Below are positions 10,641 to 20,084 of a stretch of 64,000 bases of DNA, piece after piece (the stretch's first letter is position 1; the number at the start of each line of letters is the position of its first letter). The notes beneath the pieces were generated by a model. That model worked only from the letters and a program-made list of their open reading frames with translations. It was not told where the DNA came from and did not search any database. The DNA comes from Candidatus Binatia bacterium (GTDB lineage: Bacteria; Desulfobacterota; Binatia; UBA1149). Both the position numbers and the translations under genes were made by a program. The stretch is from contig JBHHVL010000008.1 of the NCBI GenBank assembly GCA_046754245.1, positions 2,411 through 66,410 on the forward strand. The letters run 5' to 3'.

Positions 10641-10796
10641 CCGCAGTGCTCCTACCGGGGTAGCCCCTCGCCGCGAGGGCCATGAGCGCCCGTGAGACCG
10701 AATCTCGCCCCACTTCTATCCACCATCTAACTACCTGGATTATAAAAGGAAATTCGCGGCCTCCCTTTGGTTCGTGCAAAAAATCGTGCAGAGGCC

Positions 10797-10826
10797 TTGA
10801 TATTTGCTACTGACTTAGCGTACTCT
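10797..10826 (+). promoter_or_regulatory. putative sigma-70 promoter of the dcw cluster (P_mraZ): TTGATA - 18 nt - TACTCT
   Basis: AT-richer patch 115 nt upstream of mraZ. -35 TTGATA at 10797-10802, -10-like TACTCT at 10821-10826. Weak -10, so speculative. Confidence 0.3.
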
Positions 10827-10834
10827 CCGGACTT

Positions 10835-10859
10835 GTGGGTGGTTGTGGGGCTGAGTGGG
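10835..10859 (+). promoter_or_regulatory. MraZ operator: three direct GTGGG repeats at exact 10-bp spacing
   Basis: acttGTGGGTggttGTGGGGctgaGTGGGGaa. GTGGG at 10835, 10845, 10855. Matches the known MraZ binding-repeat architecture (TGGGN direct repeats with 5-nt spacers) immediately upstream of mraZ. Confidence 0.55.
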
Positions 10860-10941
10860 GAATGCCCTCTTACTTTGGAATCGGCCGGGGGCTATGTGTG
10901 TTGGAACCCGTTAGCGGGTTAGCCACCCACGTTTATTTCCC

Positions 10942-11391
10942 ATGTTTCGAGGTACTTTCTCTCATTCGATCGACGAGAAGGGAAGGCTGGCTGTTCCCCG
11001 GCGTTTCAGGGAACAGCTAGCCTCGCTCGAAGATCAGGTTGTCGTCATAACCAAGTGCCTCGATCCCCGTTTCCGCTGCCTGGATCTCTATCCTGAGAGC
11101 GAATGGGCAAGGCTCGAAGCCCGAATTCGTGCCATGCCGCCTTTCGATCCGCGCACGGTGGACTTCAAACGGCTCTACATCCATCCGGCTCAGGACCAGG
11201 CTCTGGACGCCCAGGGCCGCATACTGGTTCCCGCTGAACTGCGAGCCCACGCCGGACTCGACAAGGAGGCCCAGTTTACCGGTGACCTGCAGAAGTTTCA
11301 GCTCTGGGACCTGGGAGAGTGGCAGCGGGCATCCGAGGCGCTGGAAAAGGCCAAGCAGGACCCCGGTTTTTTCAGCGATTTCGCTCTCTAG
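10942..11391 (+). CDS. mraZ: transcriptional regulator MraZ
   Basis: MFRGTFSHSIDEKGRLAVPRRFREQL. Two MraZ/SpoVT-AbrB-like repeats. First gene of the dcw cluster. Confidence 0.9.
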   Translation: MFRGTFSHSIDEKGRLAVPRRFREQLASLEDQVVVITKCLDPRFRCLDLYPESEWARLEARIRAMPPFDPRTVDFKRLYIHPAQDQALDAQGRILVPAELRAHAGLDKEAQFTGDLQKFQLWDLGEWQRASEALEKAKQDPGFFSDFAL

Positions 11392-11473
11392 CGCGGCCCT
11401 GAAACCGACCCTCCTTTGCGATAGAATCGAATGGAGGAGGAATGGGTTGGTTCGTTTCTCCGGGAGGGAATGC

Positions 11474-12439
11474 TTGACAGGTTCAGAGCGCCCGCCGCTC
11501 CACGAGCCGGTGATGTTGCAGGAGACGATGACCGCGCTGGCGCTGGCGCCGGGTGGGCGTTTCGTCGACGGCACCCTGGGGACCGGCGGGTACGCCGCGA
11601 TGATTCTGGAGGCCACAGCCCCGGACGGACAGCTCCTCGCTCTGGACTGGGACGATCAGGCACTGGCCTTGGCCCGGCAGAGACTGGGTGAGGCCCGTGG
11701 TCGGCTTCGATACGCTCGGGCGGGCTTCGCCGAGCTGCCGACCCTGCTCGCCGAACTGGGTTGGGAACAGGGCGTCGACGGCTTGGTGCTGGATCTCGGG
11801 CTTTCGAGCGCCCAGCTGGACTCCGAGGAGCGAGGCTTCGCTTTCTCGGTCGACGGACCACTGGACATGAGGATGGATCGAAGGCTGCGCCGTTGCGCCG
11901 CGGACCTCGCCAACGAACTCCCCGAAGCCGATCTTGCCGACCTCATCTACCGCTTCGGCGAGGAGCCCAAATCCTACCGTGTTGCCAAAGCCATCGTCGC
12001 CATGCGGGCCATCGCCCCGCTTCGCACGACCGGCGACCTTCGCGAGGCCGTACACCGGGCCGGGCTACGTGGAAGGAGGGGCCACGATCCCTGCACGCGA
12101 ACCTTTCAAGCCTTCCGCATCGCGGTCAACGGGGAGTTGGAACAACTCGAAGCATTCCTCAACCGGGGCTGGGAGTTGCTGCGTCCCGGTGGGCGCATGG
12201 CCATCCTCAGTTACCATTCACTCGAGGACCGTTTGGTAAAGAACGCTTTCAGGACCTGGGCGGCCGACTGCCTGTGTCCCCCGAGGCAACCGCTCTGTTG
12301 CTGTGGCTGGACTTCCAAGGTCAGGCTCGTCGGGCGGCGCCAGGTTGCGAGCGCGAGCGAGACGGAGCGAAATCGCCGCGCTCGTAGCGCCGGGTTGCGC
12401 GTGGTGGAGAGGAGGCCACCGGAGCAAAGCGATGGCTAG
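11474..12439 (+). CDS. rsmH: 16S rRNA (cytosine1402-N4)-methyltransferase RsmH (MraW)
   Basis: HEPVMLQETM...GRFVDGTLGTGGYAAMIL...LDLGLSSAQLD...SYHSLEDRLVK. The ORF track starts at 11129 inside mraZ in another frame. I place the start at TTG 11474, which has a GGGAGGG RBS 5 nt upstream. ATG 11513 is an alternative. Confidence 0.8.
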   Translation: MTGSERPPLHEPVMLQETMTALALAPGGRFVDGTLGTGGYAAMILEATAPDGQLLALDWDDQALALARQRLGEARGRLRYARAGFAELPTLLAELGWEQGVDGLVLDLGLSSAQLDSEERGFAFSVDGPLDMRMDRRLRRCAADLANELPEADLADLIYRFGEEPKSYRVAKAIVAMRAIAPLRTTGDLREAVHRAGLRGRRGHDPCTRTFQAFRIAVNGELEQLEAFLNRGWELLRPGGRMAILSYHSLEDRLVKNAFRTWAADCLCPPRQPLCCCGWTSKVRLVGRRQVASASETERNRRARSAGLRVVERRPPEQSDG

Positions 12440-12773
12440 GCGAGGCGGGAGAGGGACGATCAGCGCCTGGTGGGCGCGCCGCTCTTTCGACCCGGCGGTG
12501 GCCGGTACCCGCCGGCGTTTGGTGGTGGTCGCGATACTGATACTGCTGCTCGGTGTTGCGCAGGTCATGGTAAGGGTGGAGGCGATGAATCTCGGATACC
12601 GTATCGAGAGCACCCGCCGCCTCATCGCCGAGCTTGGACACGAGCACAACCTGTTGAGGATCGAGACCGACCGCGAAGCCGGTCCAGATCGGCTTCGACG
12701 AATGGCGCGTGAACGCCTCGGCCTGGAAAAGGCCGGGAGCGGACAGATCAGGATACTGGATGCGAAGCCGTAA
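12432..12773 (+). CDS. ftsL: cell division protein FtsL
   Basis: 113 aa: short cytoplasmic N-terminus, single TM (LVVVAILILLLGVAQVMV), coiled-coil periplasmic part. Position between rsmH and ftsI. ATG 12432 overlaps the rsmH stop by 8 nt. Confidence 0.7.
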   Translation: MARRGGRGTISAWWARRSFDPAVAGTRRRLVVVAILILLLGVAQVMVRVEAMNLGYRIESTRRLIAELGHEHNLLRIETDREAGPDRLRRMARERLGLEKAGSGQIRILDAKP

Positions 12774-14718
12774 CCGTTTCAGCATGAGACTGGGGTTTAT
12801 CGCCAGTTGCTTCGCCATCGCCGTCCCGGTGATCGCCACGCGCATGTTCAGCCTGTCGGTGCGCGAAGGCGAGGGCAGGGCGCAGCAAGCCAAAGACATG
12901 ACTTGCCGCGATACCGACAGGATCTCCTACCGTGGTCGCATAGCCGACCGCAACGGTGTCACCTTGGCGGCGAGCCTTTCAACCCGCAGCCTTTCGCGCA
13001 GCAGCAGCAAGTACACCTACGACAAATCCCACGCCTCCTTGCTCGCCCCCATTCTGGGCATGGACGTCGACAAGGTGGACGGGGTACTACGCTCTCGCCC
13101 TGGACACTTCGCCTGGCTCGTGCGCAGGGTCGCCATAGACGTCGCCGTGGCCGTGAGTCGTCTCGGTATAGGCGGCCTCGAGATCCACACCGCGGAAACC
13201 GAGATTCAGAAACGTACCTATCCACAGGGGGCTCTGGCCAGCCACGTGATAGGCTTTACCAATAGCTACGCGAAGGGCCTGGAGGGTATCGAGCGGGTTT
13301 TCGATGACGAGATCAGGGGCAGACCCGTCACCGTTCGGGTGTGCAGGGATATCAAGGGCAGGCCTTTCTACAACGAGAGCGACCTCGCGGGGGTGAACTG
13401 GGGCGCGACCGTCGAGTTGACCATCGATTCCAACTTGCAGGGCATCGCCGAACAGGAGCTAGCCAGGGCGGTCGCGGAGTTCGGCGCGGAAGGCGGGAGC
13501 GTGGTCGCGATCGACCCGCGTAGCGGCGACATACTGGCGATGGCCAACTACCCCGGTTTCGACCCCAACACCTACTACAGCGCGAGCCCTGATGACGTAC
13601 GAAACAGGGCTATAACGGACAACTTCGAGCCTGGATCCACGATGAAACCCTTTCTCATCGCCGCCGCTCTGGAGTTGGGTGTCGTGAGCGAAGAGGACGT
13701 TTTTTTCTGCGAGGAGGGCAGTTGGCGTTTTGGTGGGCGGACCATACACGACCATCATGGGCACGGAGACCTGACGGTTCCCGAGATACTGAGGTATTCG
13801 AGCAACATCTGTTCCGCCAAGATCGGGGCCTTGGTGGGCGCCGAGCACTTTCATAAATACCTCAGCTGGTTCGGGTTTGGGCGGCCGACCGGGATCACGC
13901 TTCCGGGCGAAAGACAGGGACAGTTGCTGCCTCCCGAGAGGTGGAGGGACATCCGGCTCGCGACCGTCAGCTACGGGCAGGGCATCGGCGTGACCGCCCT
14001 GCAGCTGGCCGCGGCCTATTCTGTACTGGCCAACGACGGGGTACGCATGAAACCCCACATCGTGCGCCAGGCGGTCGATTCCGACGGGACGCTGCTGTTT
14101 CGCAACGTGCCCGAGCAGGAGAACCGGGTGGTGAGCTACGAGGTGGCTCGCAAAGTGAGTTCGATGCTCGAGGGGGTGGTGGCCGACGGCGGCACCGCGC
14201 CGCGGGCACGCATAGACGGCGTGCGGGTAGCCGGAAAAACCGGCACCGCCCAGCAGGCGGCCGAAGGGGGGGGCGGATACATTCGCGGAAAGTGGGTGGC
14301 GTCGTTCGTGGGCTACCTTCCCGTGGAAGATCCCCGTATTGTCATTGCCGTGACGGTGTCGGAACCAAAGAGCAATCACTACGGAGGAGTCGTGGCGGCT
14401 CCCGTATTCCGTCGCGTCGCCGAGGCCAGTTTGGACTATCTCCACATTCGCCGCCACGTGCCGGTCCCCGAACGGCCGGTGGTGATACAGGCTTCACCGC
14501 CACCGGCGGTCGCGAAGAAACAACAGCCCTTTTCGGGTAACATGCCCAACCTTGTCGGTCTAAGCCTGCGTTCGGCGATGCGCGCGCTAGAGGGTTGCAA
14601 CTGCGATATTCAAGTCGATGGAGCGGGATACGTGGCCGCACAGAATCCCCGTGCCGGCAAGAAGCTCACGCAGATGGCGGCGGTGGAATTGGAACTCGCG
14701 CCGGGGCCACGACGCTGA
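12760..14718 (+). CDS. ftsI: peptidoglycan D,D-transpeptidase FtsI (class B PBP) with C-terminal PASTA domain
   Basis: SxxK (GSTMKPF), SxN (YSSN), KTG (KTGTA) motifs. C-terminal ~60 aa PASTA-like (NMPNLVGLSLRSAMRALE...DIQVDGAGYVAAQNPRAGKKL). Start ATG 12760 (MRSRNRF) overlaps the ftsL stop. Confidence 0.85.
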   Translation: MRSRNRFSMRLGFIASCFAIAVPVIATRMFSLSVREGEGRAQQAKDMTCRDTDRISYRGRIADRNGVTLAASLSTRSLSRSSSKYTYDKSHASLLAPILGMDVDKVDGVLRSRPGHFAWLVRRVAIDVAVAVSRLGIGGLEIHTAETEIQKRTYPQGALASHVIGFTNSYAKGLEGIERVFDDEIRGRPVTVRVCRDIKGRPFYNESDLAGVNWGATVELTIDSNLQGIAEQELARAVAEFGAEGGSVVAIDPRSGDILAMANYPGFDPNTYYSASPDDVRNRAITDNFEPGSTMKPFLIAAALELGVVSEEDVFFCEEGSWRFGGRTIHDHHGHGDLTVPEILRYSSNICSAKIGALVGAEHFHKYLSWFGFGRPTGITLPGERQGQLLPPERWRDIRLATVSYGQGIGVTALQLAAAYSVLANDGVRMKPHIVRQAVDSDGTLLFRNVPEQENRVVSYEVARKVSSMLEGVVADGGTAPRARIDGVRVAGKTGTAQQAAEGGGGYIRGKWVASFVGYLPVEDPRIVIAVTVSEPKSNHYGGVVAAPVFRRVAEASLDYLHIRRHVPVPERPVVIQASPPPAVAKKQQPFSGNMPNLVGLSLRSAMRALEGCNCDIQVDGAGYVAAQNPRAGKKLTQMAAVELELAPGPRR

Positions 14719-14724
14719 ACAGCC

Positions 14725-16236
14725 GTGAAGCTCGCCGACCTAATTCATGAGCTGCCCGGAGAGGAGGTGGTGAGAACCAGCGGACTCCCGCTCAACGCGG
14801 AGATAGAGTCGCTCGCTTACGACTCGCGCGGCGTCGAGTCGGGAGCTCTTTTTTTCGCATTGGCGGGTAGCCAGGTCGATGGTTCGCGTTTCATCGACGA
14901 TGCCCTGCGGTCCGGGGCTGTCGCGAGCGTCTGTTCGGCGGCGGTAGACCCCCCGGGTCCCGCGCTGCTGGTGCGAGATACGGCTCGGGCCCTCGGGATC
15001 ATGGCGAGCGTGTTCTTCGGGCGTCCGGCGGAGCGCGTCACCCTCACGGGCATCACGGGCACCAACGGCAAGACCAGCTGTGCGTACATCCTCGAAAGCA
15101 TCTGGAAGGCGGCGGGCAAGTCCGTCGGAGTGATGGGAACGATCAACAACCGCTGCGCCGCGTTTGAACGGCCGTCGTCGTTGACGACGCCGTCGGCCGT
15201 CGAGCTGCACGAGACGCTCGGCGAAATGGTGTCCGCGGGTTGCGAGACGATCGCGATGGAGGTTTCGTCGCACGCCCTCAGCCAGCAACGGGTCGGTGGC
15301 TGCATCTTCGACGCCGCGGTGTTTACCAACCTTACCCGCGACCACCTGGACTACCACGGCGATGAAGACTCATACTTTGGGGTGAAGAGGTTGCTGTTCT
15401 CACGCTACTTGAATCGTGAGCGAGGCGTCGCGGTGATCAACGCCGAAGACCCCCGTTGCGGGGAACTCGAGGCCGTGGCCGCGTTTGCCGAAACCTGGAC
15501 CTATTCGACACTCGCGGGGGCGCCTACCGCGGTGGGGGTGGGGGAGGTCGACTTGAATCTCGACGGACTGCGGGGCACGATCCGCGTGCGCGACAGGACC
15601 ATCGCCTTGAACTCGCGGCTGATGGGTCGGGTCAACCTCTCGAACATACTGGCGGCTACCGCCGCGGCTGCCGCACTGGGTGAGGATCCGGCCTGTATCG
15701 AAGAGGGGCTGAGGAATTGCGCGCTGGTGCCCGGTCGGCTCGAGAGGGTAGGCGTTGGGAAGCCGGTGGCGATCGTCGACTACGCTCACACCCCTGACGC
15801 GCTCTCGCGTACGCTCGAGGGGATCAAGCCCGAGGTGCGTGGTCGTCTCTGGGTGGTGTTCGGCTGCGGCGGAGACCGTGACCGTGGCAAGCGCAAGTTG
15901 ATGGGCGAGGCGGTCGCCAACATCGCGGACGTGGCGATACTCACTTCGGACAACCCCCGTGGGGAGGACCCGGAACGCATACTGGACGATATCGAGGAAG
16001 GCGTGGTCTCTACGATGCCGCTTCGAACGCGTGACGAGCTGACCGCACCTGGCACCGCCGGCTACGTGAGGGAGGTTCAGCGCTTCGACGCCATCAAGAT
16101 GGCGATGGAGCTGGCTGCTGAAACGGATGTCGTTTTGGTCGCCGGCAAAGGGCACGAGGATTATCAGGAGAGAAACGGGGTTCGTGTTCGTTTCGACGAT
16201 CGCGAGGTTCTTGCGTCTTTGCGGGGACAATCGTGA
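14725..16236 (+). CDS. murE: UDP-N-acetylmuramoyl-L-alanyl-D-glutamate--2,6-diaminopimelate ligase MurE
   Basis: Mur ligase P-loop GITGTNGKTS. DNPR motif (LTSDNPRGEDP) indicates meso-DAP specificity. Confidence 0.9.
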   Translation: MKLADLIHELPGEEVVRTSGLPLNAEIESLAYDSRGVESGALFFALAGSQVDGSRFIDDALRSGAVASVCSAAVDPPGPALLVRDTARALGIMASVFFGRPAERVTLTGITGTNGKTSCAYILESIWKAAGKSVGVMGTINNRCAAFERPSSLTTPSAVELHETLGEMVSAGCETIAMEVSSHALSQQRVGGCIFDAAVFTNLTRDHLDYHGDEDSYFGVKRLLFSRYLNRERGVAVINAEDPRCGELEAVAAFAETWTYSTLAGAPTAVGVGEVDLNLDGLRGTIRVRDRTIALNSRLMGRVNLSNILAATAAAAALGEDPACIEEGLRNCALVPGRLERVGVGKPVAIVDYAHTPDALSRTLEGIKPEVRGRLWVVFGCGGDRDRGKRKLMGEAVANIADVAILTSDNPRGEDPERILDDIEEGVVSTMPLRTRDELTAPGTAGYVREVQRFDAIKMAMELAAETDVVLVAGKGHEDYQERNGVRVRFDDREVLASLRGQS

Positions 16237-17618
16237 CCGTTGAAGATGTCTTGCGGGCCACGTCGGGAACCCTTCGTGGCGACGACGAGAGCGCGGAACT
16301 TGCTGCGTTGTCTACTGACAGCCGGTCGACGGCACCGCGCGATCTCTTCGTAGCCCTGCGCGGAGATCACTTCGACGGTCACGATTTCGTCGACGACGCC
16401 ATCGCTCGCGGCGCCGCAGCGGTGGTTTGCGAACGGGGCAGAGCGCGCCCCCGCCGTGGCGTGGCACTCGTGGAAGTCGACGACACCCTGCGCGCGCTCG
16501 GTGATATCGCCGCCGGTATACGCCTGCGTTTCGACATCCCGGTCGTAGCGATCACCGGTTCGAACGGAAAGACCAGCACCAAGGAGATGATCAGGTCCAT
16601 ACTCGTCGGTGAGATGGGTGAGACGGCGATTCTTGCAAACGAAGGTAACTTTAACAACCTCATTGGCCTACCGACCACGATTTTCAAGATGAACTCGGAC
16701 CATCGAGTGGCGGTGCTGGAGATGGGTATGAACGCGCCTGGTGAGATCGGCCGGCTCACCGAGATCGCCTCTCCCACTCACGGATTGATCACGTGCATAG
16801 GCGAAGCGCACCTCGAAGGGCTCGGTTCCGTTGAAGGCGTGGCGCGGGCCAAGGGTGAACTCTTTGCGGGTATGGGCGAGACGGCGACGGCGTTGGTGAA
16901 CCTCGATGACAGGAGGGTCGTCGAACAAGCGCGGCGTTTTCATGGCGCGCGCGTAGGTTACGGTTCGGGGGGCGCGGTGCGGGTAGGCGGCATCAGGAGT
17001 CTGGGGCTCGAGGGCTCCACGTTCGAACTCCAGTACGGCGGCGAGTGCGTTTCGGTGGAGCTTGGCGCTCCGGGGCGGCACAATGTCAAGAACGCGCTGG
17101 CTGCCGCCTCGGTCGCGCTGGTTCTGGGGGTGAGGCTAGACGCCGTCGTTCGGGGACTCGCCGGCGCGTCAGCTCCGCCGATGCGCCTGCAGCCCCAGCG
17201 GCTCGACAACGGAGTGACCGTCATCAACGACGCTTACAACGCCAACCCCGCGTCGCTGTCGGTGGCATTGGAGATGCTCCGGGACGCCGCCGCTTCTCGC
17301 TGTATCGTGGTGTTGGGGGAGATGCTCGAACTCGGTGCCGACGCGGTCGAACTCCACGAGCGCGCTGGCCGGGAGGCCGGGAGTATCGATCCGATGTTTT
17401 TCTGCGCGATGGGCTCGTTTTCAGGTGCCATGGAGAAGGGGGCGATAAGCGCGGGCATGAAGGCCGATAGAGTGAGAAGCTACGAGGATCATGGTCAGCT
17501 GGCGGCCGATCTTGCGCGACGTTGGCGATCGGGCGATGTCATACTCGTCAAGGGCTCGCGCGGCTCGGCGATGGAGAAGGTAGTCGAGGCGCTGGAGCTG
17601 CACGCTGCAAGGTCATGA
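16233..17618 (+). CDS. murF: UDP-N-acetylmuramoyl-tripeptide--D-alanyl-D-alanine ligase MurF
   Basis: VAITGSNGKTSTKEMI. Mur ligase domains. Position after murE. 4-nt overlaps on both sides. Confidence 0.9.
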   Translation: MTVEDVLRATSGTLRGDDESAELAALSTDSRSTAPRDLFVALRGDHFDGHDFVDDAIARGAAAVVCERGRARPRRGVALVEVDDTLRALGDIAAGIRLRFDIPVVAITGSNGKTSTKEMIRSILVGEMGETAILANEGNFNNLIGLPTTIFKMNSDHRVAVLEMGMNAPGEIGRLTEIASPTHGLITCIGEAHLEGLGSVEGVARAKGELFAGMGETATALVNLDDRRVVEQARRFHGARVGYGSGGAVRVGGIRSLGLEGSTFELQYGGECVSVELGAPGRHNVKNALAAASVALVLGVRLDAVVRGLAGASAPPMRLQPQRLDNGVTVINDAYNANPASLSVALEMLRDAAASRCIVVLGEMLELGADAVELHERAGREAGSIDPMFFCAMGSFSGAMEKGAISAGMKADRVRSYEDHGQLAADLARRWRSGDVILVKGSRGSAMEKVVEALELHAARS

Positions 17619-18691
17619 TCTATCACCTGCTCACACCCCTGGCGGACAGCTACACCGTCTTCAACGTACTACGCTACATCACCTTTCGGAGCCTTATGGC
17701 TGCCCTCATCGCACTGGTGTTTTCTTTCTTGTTTGGGCCGCGATTGATCCGGGTCCTGAAGGCCGGGCAGCTCGCGCAGCCCGTCAGCGAGTACGCCCCG
17801 GAGGGGCACGCCGACAAGGAAGGAACGCCGACCATGGGCGGCATACTGATACTGCTCTCGTTGCTCGCTTCGGTCGCATTGCTCGCCGATCTCTCGAACT
17901 TCTACGTGCTCATCACGATCGTCGTTATCTCGGGCTTCGGGGCGGTCGGGGCTCTCGACGACTTTCGCAAGATCAGTCAGGGGCGCAACGAAGGGCTGTC
18001 GGCGCGCACCAAGCTCTTCTGGCAGGTGTTGATTTCGCTGACGGTGGTTACCGCGCTCTATCTGAGGCCAGGGTTCGACGCGAGTCTTTCCGTGCCCTTT
18101 TTCAAAAACTTCAGACCCGAGCTAGGCCTGTGGTACATTCCCTTCGCGGTGTTGGTGATCGTGGGTTGTTCAAACGCGGTCAACCTCACCGACGGGCTCG
18201 ACGGCCTGGCCATAGGGCCGGTAATGACGACCGCCGCGACCTACGCGATCCTCGCGTACTCGGCGGGGCACGCGAAGATCGCTCAGTACCTGCTCATCAC
18301 ACCGGTGCCGGGGGCGGGAGAACTGACCATCATCTGTGCGGCGATGGCCATGGCGAGTCTCGGGTTCTTGTGGTTCAACACCTACCCGGCGCAGATGTTC
18401 ATGGGCGACGTTGGCTCTCTGAGCCTCGGTGGTGGTCTGGGCATGATGGCGGTGATTTCTCGCAACGAACTCGTTCTGATGCTCGCCGGCGGGGTCTTCG
18501 TCGTCGAGGCCCTTTCGGTGATCGTCCAGATCGGTTCGATCAAACTACGCGGCAAGCGGGTGTTTCGCATGGCCCCCATACATCACCACTACGAGCTCAA
18601 AGGCTGGCCGGAACCGCTTATCATCGTGCGGTGCTGGATCATCTCGATACTGTGTGCGTTGCTTACCCTCGCCACACTCAAGCTCCGGTAG
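17615..18691 (+). CDS. mraY: phospho-N-acetylmuramoyl-pentapeptide transferase MraY
   Basis: NAVNLTDGLDGLA motif, 10-TM profile. ATG 17615 (MIYHLLTPL) overlaps the murF stop (ATGA). The ORF track begins 31 codons earlier inside murF. Confidence 0.9.
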   Translation: MIYHLLTPLADSYTVFNVLRYITFRSLMAALIALVFSFLFGPRLIRVLKAGQLAQPVSEYAPEGHADKEGTPTMGGILILLSLLASVALLADLSNFYVLITIVVISGFGAVGALDDFRKISQGRNEGLSARTKLFWQVLISLTVVTALYLRPGFDASLSVPFFKNFRPELGLWYIPFAVLVIVGCSNAVNLTDGLDGLAIGPVMTTAATYAILAYSAGHAKIAQYLLITPVPGAGELTIICAAMAMASLGFLWFNTYPAQMFMGDVGSLSLGGGLGMMAVISRNELVLMLAGGVFVVEALSVIVQIGSIKLRGKRVFRMAPIHHHYELKGWPEPLIIVRCWIISILCALLTLATLKLR

Positions 18692-18701
18692 TGGGTGCGT
18701 G

Positions 18702-20084
18702 ATGTCGGTCTTGGGGTGTGGACACGGCGGAAGGCTCATGGTCCTGGGCTTGGGCCGTACGGGCAGAGCCGCCGCCCGTCTCGCAGCCGAACTAGGATAC
18801 CGAGTCTTGGCTTGTGACGACGCGCTGGCGCCGGGTGCCGAAGACTTACCCGGCTGCGTGTCGCTCATCGACGTCGGCGACGCCTGCAAGCAGGTCGTCG
18901 ACGTAGGGCTGGTCGTTACGAGCCCTGGGGTCGCGGCCTGCCATCCCGTGATCCGGGCCGCGGTGGCGGCGGGGGTGAGGGTCTGGTCAGAGCTGGAGTT
19001 CGCTGGTCAGTCGCTCGAGGTTCCCGTCTACGCCATCACCGGGACCAACGGCAAGAGCACGACCACGACCTTGCTGGGCGCGATGATCGAGAACTCCGGC
19101 CGACGGGTGTTCACGGGGGGCAACCTCGGCTCGCCTCTCGCCGACGCGGTTGGCGGCGGCTACGACTGCTGCGTGGTCGAGGTTTCGAGTTTCCAGTTGG
19201 AGTGGACCAGGTCGTTCCATCCCAGGGTTGCGGCCTTGCTCAACCTCGGTGACGATCACCTCGACCGTCATCGGACCCTGCGAGAGTACCTGGCGTGCAA
19301 GCTCAGGCTGTTCGCCAACATGGGGCCTGCCGACCGGGCGGTGGTCGACCCGGGCCAGGCTTGGTGGAAAGAGCGAGCCGGCGGTCAGGACTGCCCCTTT
19401 GCTCCCGGGAAGCCGAGCGTGAGTGGCTTCGGCTCCAACGAGGCGCCGGGGTCGATGGAGGGTACATACTTCGATAGGAGCGCGAGGATCTTGGAGGGAG
19501 AGGGGAACTGGACCGTCGCCCTTCCGGATCACTGGCCGGTCGCGCCTCACGACTTCTCGAATCTGGCGGCCGCCTCTGAGATGGCCAGGCTGATCGGGGT
19601 CGAGTCGAAGGCCGTAGAGGCGGCGGTAGCTTCGTTCAGGCCTCTTCCTCACCGGTTGAGCCTCGTCGCCCAACACCGCGGCGTGCAGTTCTGGAACGAT
19701 TCGAAGGCGACCAACAGCCTCTCGGTTTTGAGTAGCCTGGAGGCGATGGACCGGCCGGTGGTTCTGATCCTCGGTGGAGTGGCCAAGGGAAGCGATTTTT
19801 CGGCTATCGCCGGCGCCGATGCTAGTATTAGAGCCGTCGTCGCCTACGGGCAGGCCGCCCACGGGATCGGCGTGGATCTCGGCAGCCGCTTCAGGGTGGT
19901 CGAGGCCGACGCTTTCGAGCGCGCTTTCGCGATGGCGGCGGGCGAGGCCCGGGCCGGCGAAGCGGTGTTACTAGCGCCGGCCTGCGCGAGTTTCGACGAG
20001 TTTGGCGACTACGCCGAGAGAGGGGAGCGTTTTGTGGAGCTAGTAAGGGGATGGGTGGATAAGCGCTGTGGCCCGGAAACGTAA
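18702..20084 (+). CDS. murD: UDP-N-acetylmuramoylalanine--D-glutamate ligase MurD
   Basis: ITGTNGKSTTTTLLG P-loop. N-terminal Rossmann-like VLGLGRTG. Start ATG 18702 after the mraY stop. Confidence 0.9.
   Translation: MSVLGCGHGGRLMVLGLGRTGRAAARLAAELGYRVLACDDALAPGAEDLPGCVSLIDVGDACKQVVDVGLVVTSPGVAACHPVIRAAVAAGVRVWSELEFAGQSLEVPVYAITGTNGKSTTTTLLGAMIENSGRRVFTGGNLGSPLADAVGGGYDCCVVEVSSFQLEWTRSFHPRVAALLNLGDDHLDRHRTLREYLACKLRLFANMGPADRAVVDPGQAWWKERAGGQDCPFAPGKPSVSGFGSNEAPGSMEGTYFDRSARILEGEGNWTVALPDHWPVAPHDFSNLAAASEMARLIGVESKAVEAAVASFRPLPHRLSLVAQHRGVQFWNDSKATNSLSVLSSLEAMDRPVVLILGGVAKGSDFSAIAGADASIRAVVAYGQAAHGIGVDLGSRFRVVEADAFERAFAMAAGEARAGEAVLLAPACASFDEFGDYAERGERFVELVRGWVDKRCGPET

Noticed and set aside
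10229-10779. Several 60-85 aa ORFs on both strands over 10229..10779
   Set aside because: The region is RNase P RNA (conserved P4 and other blocks read directly). The ORFs are incidental.
11129-11473. N-terminal 115 codons of ORF 11129..12439 (would make a 436-aa RsmH)
   Set aside because: That part overlaps mraZ in another frame and has no RsmH similarity. RsmH homology begins near TTG 11474, which has a good RBS.
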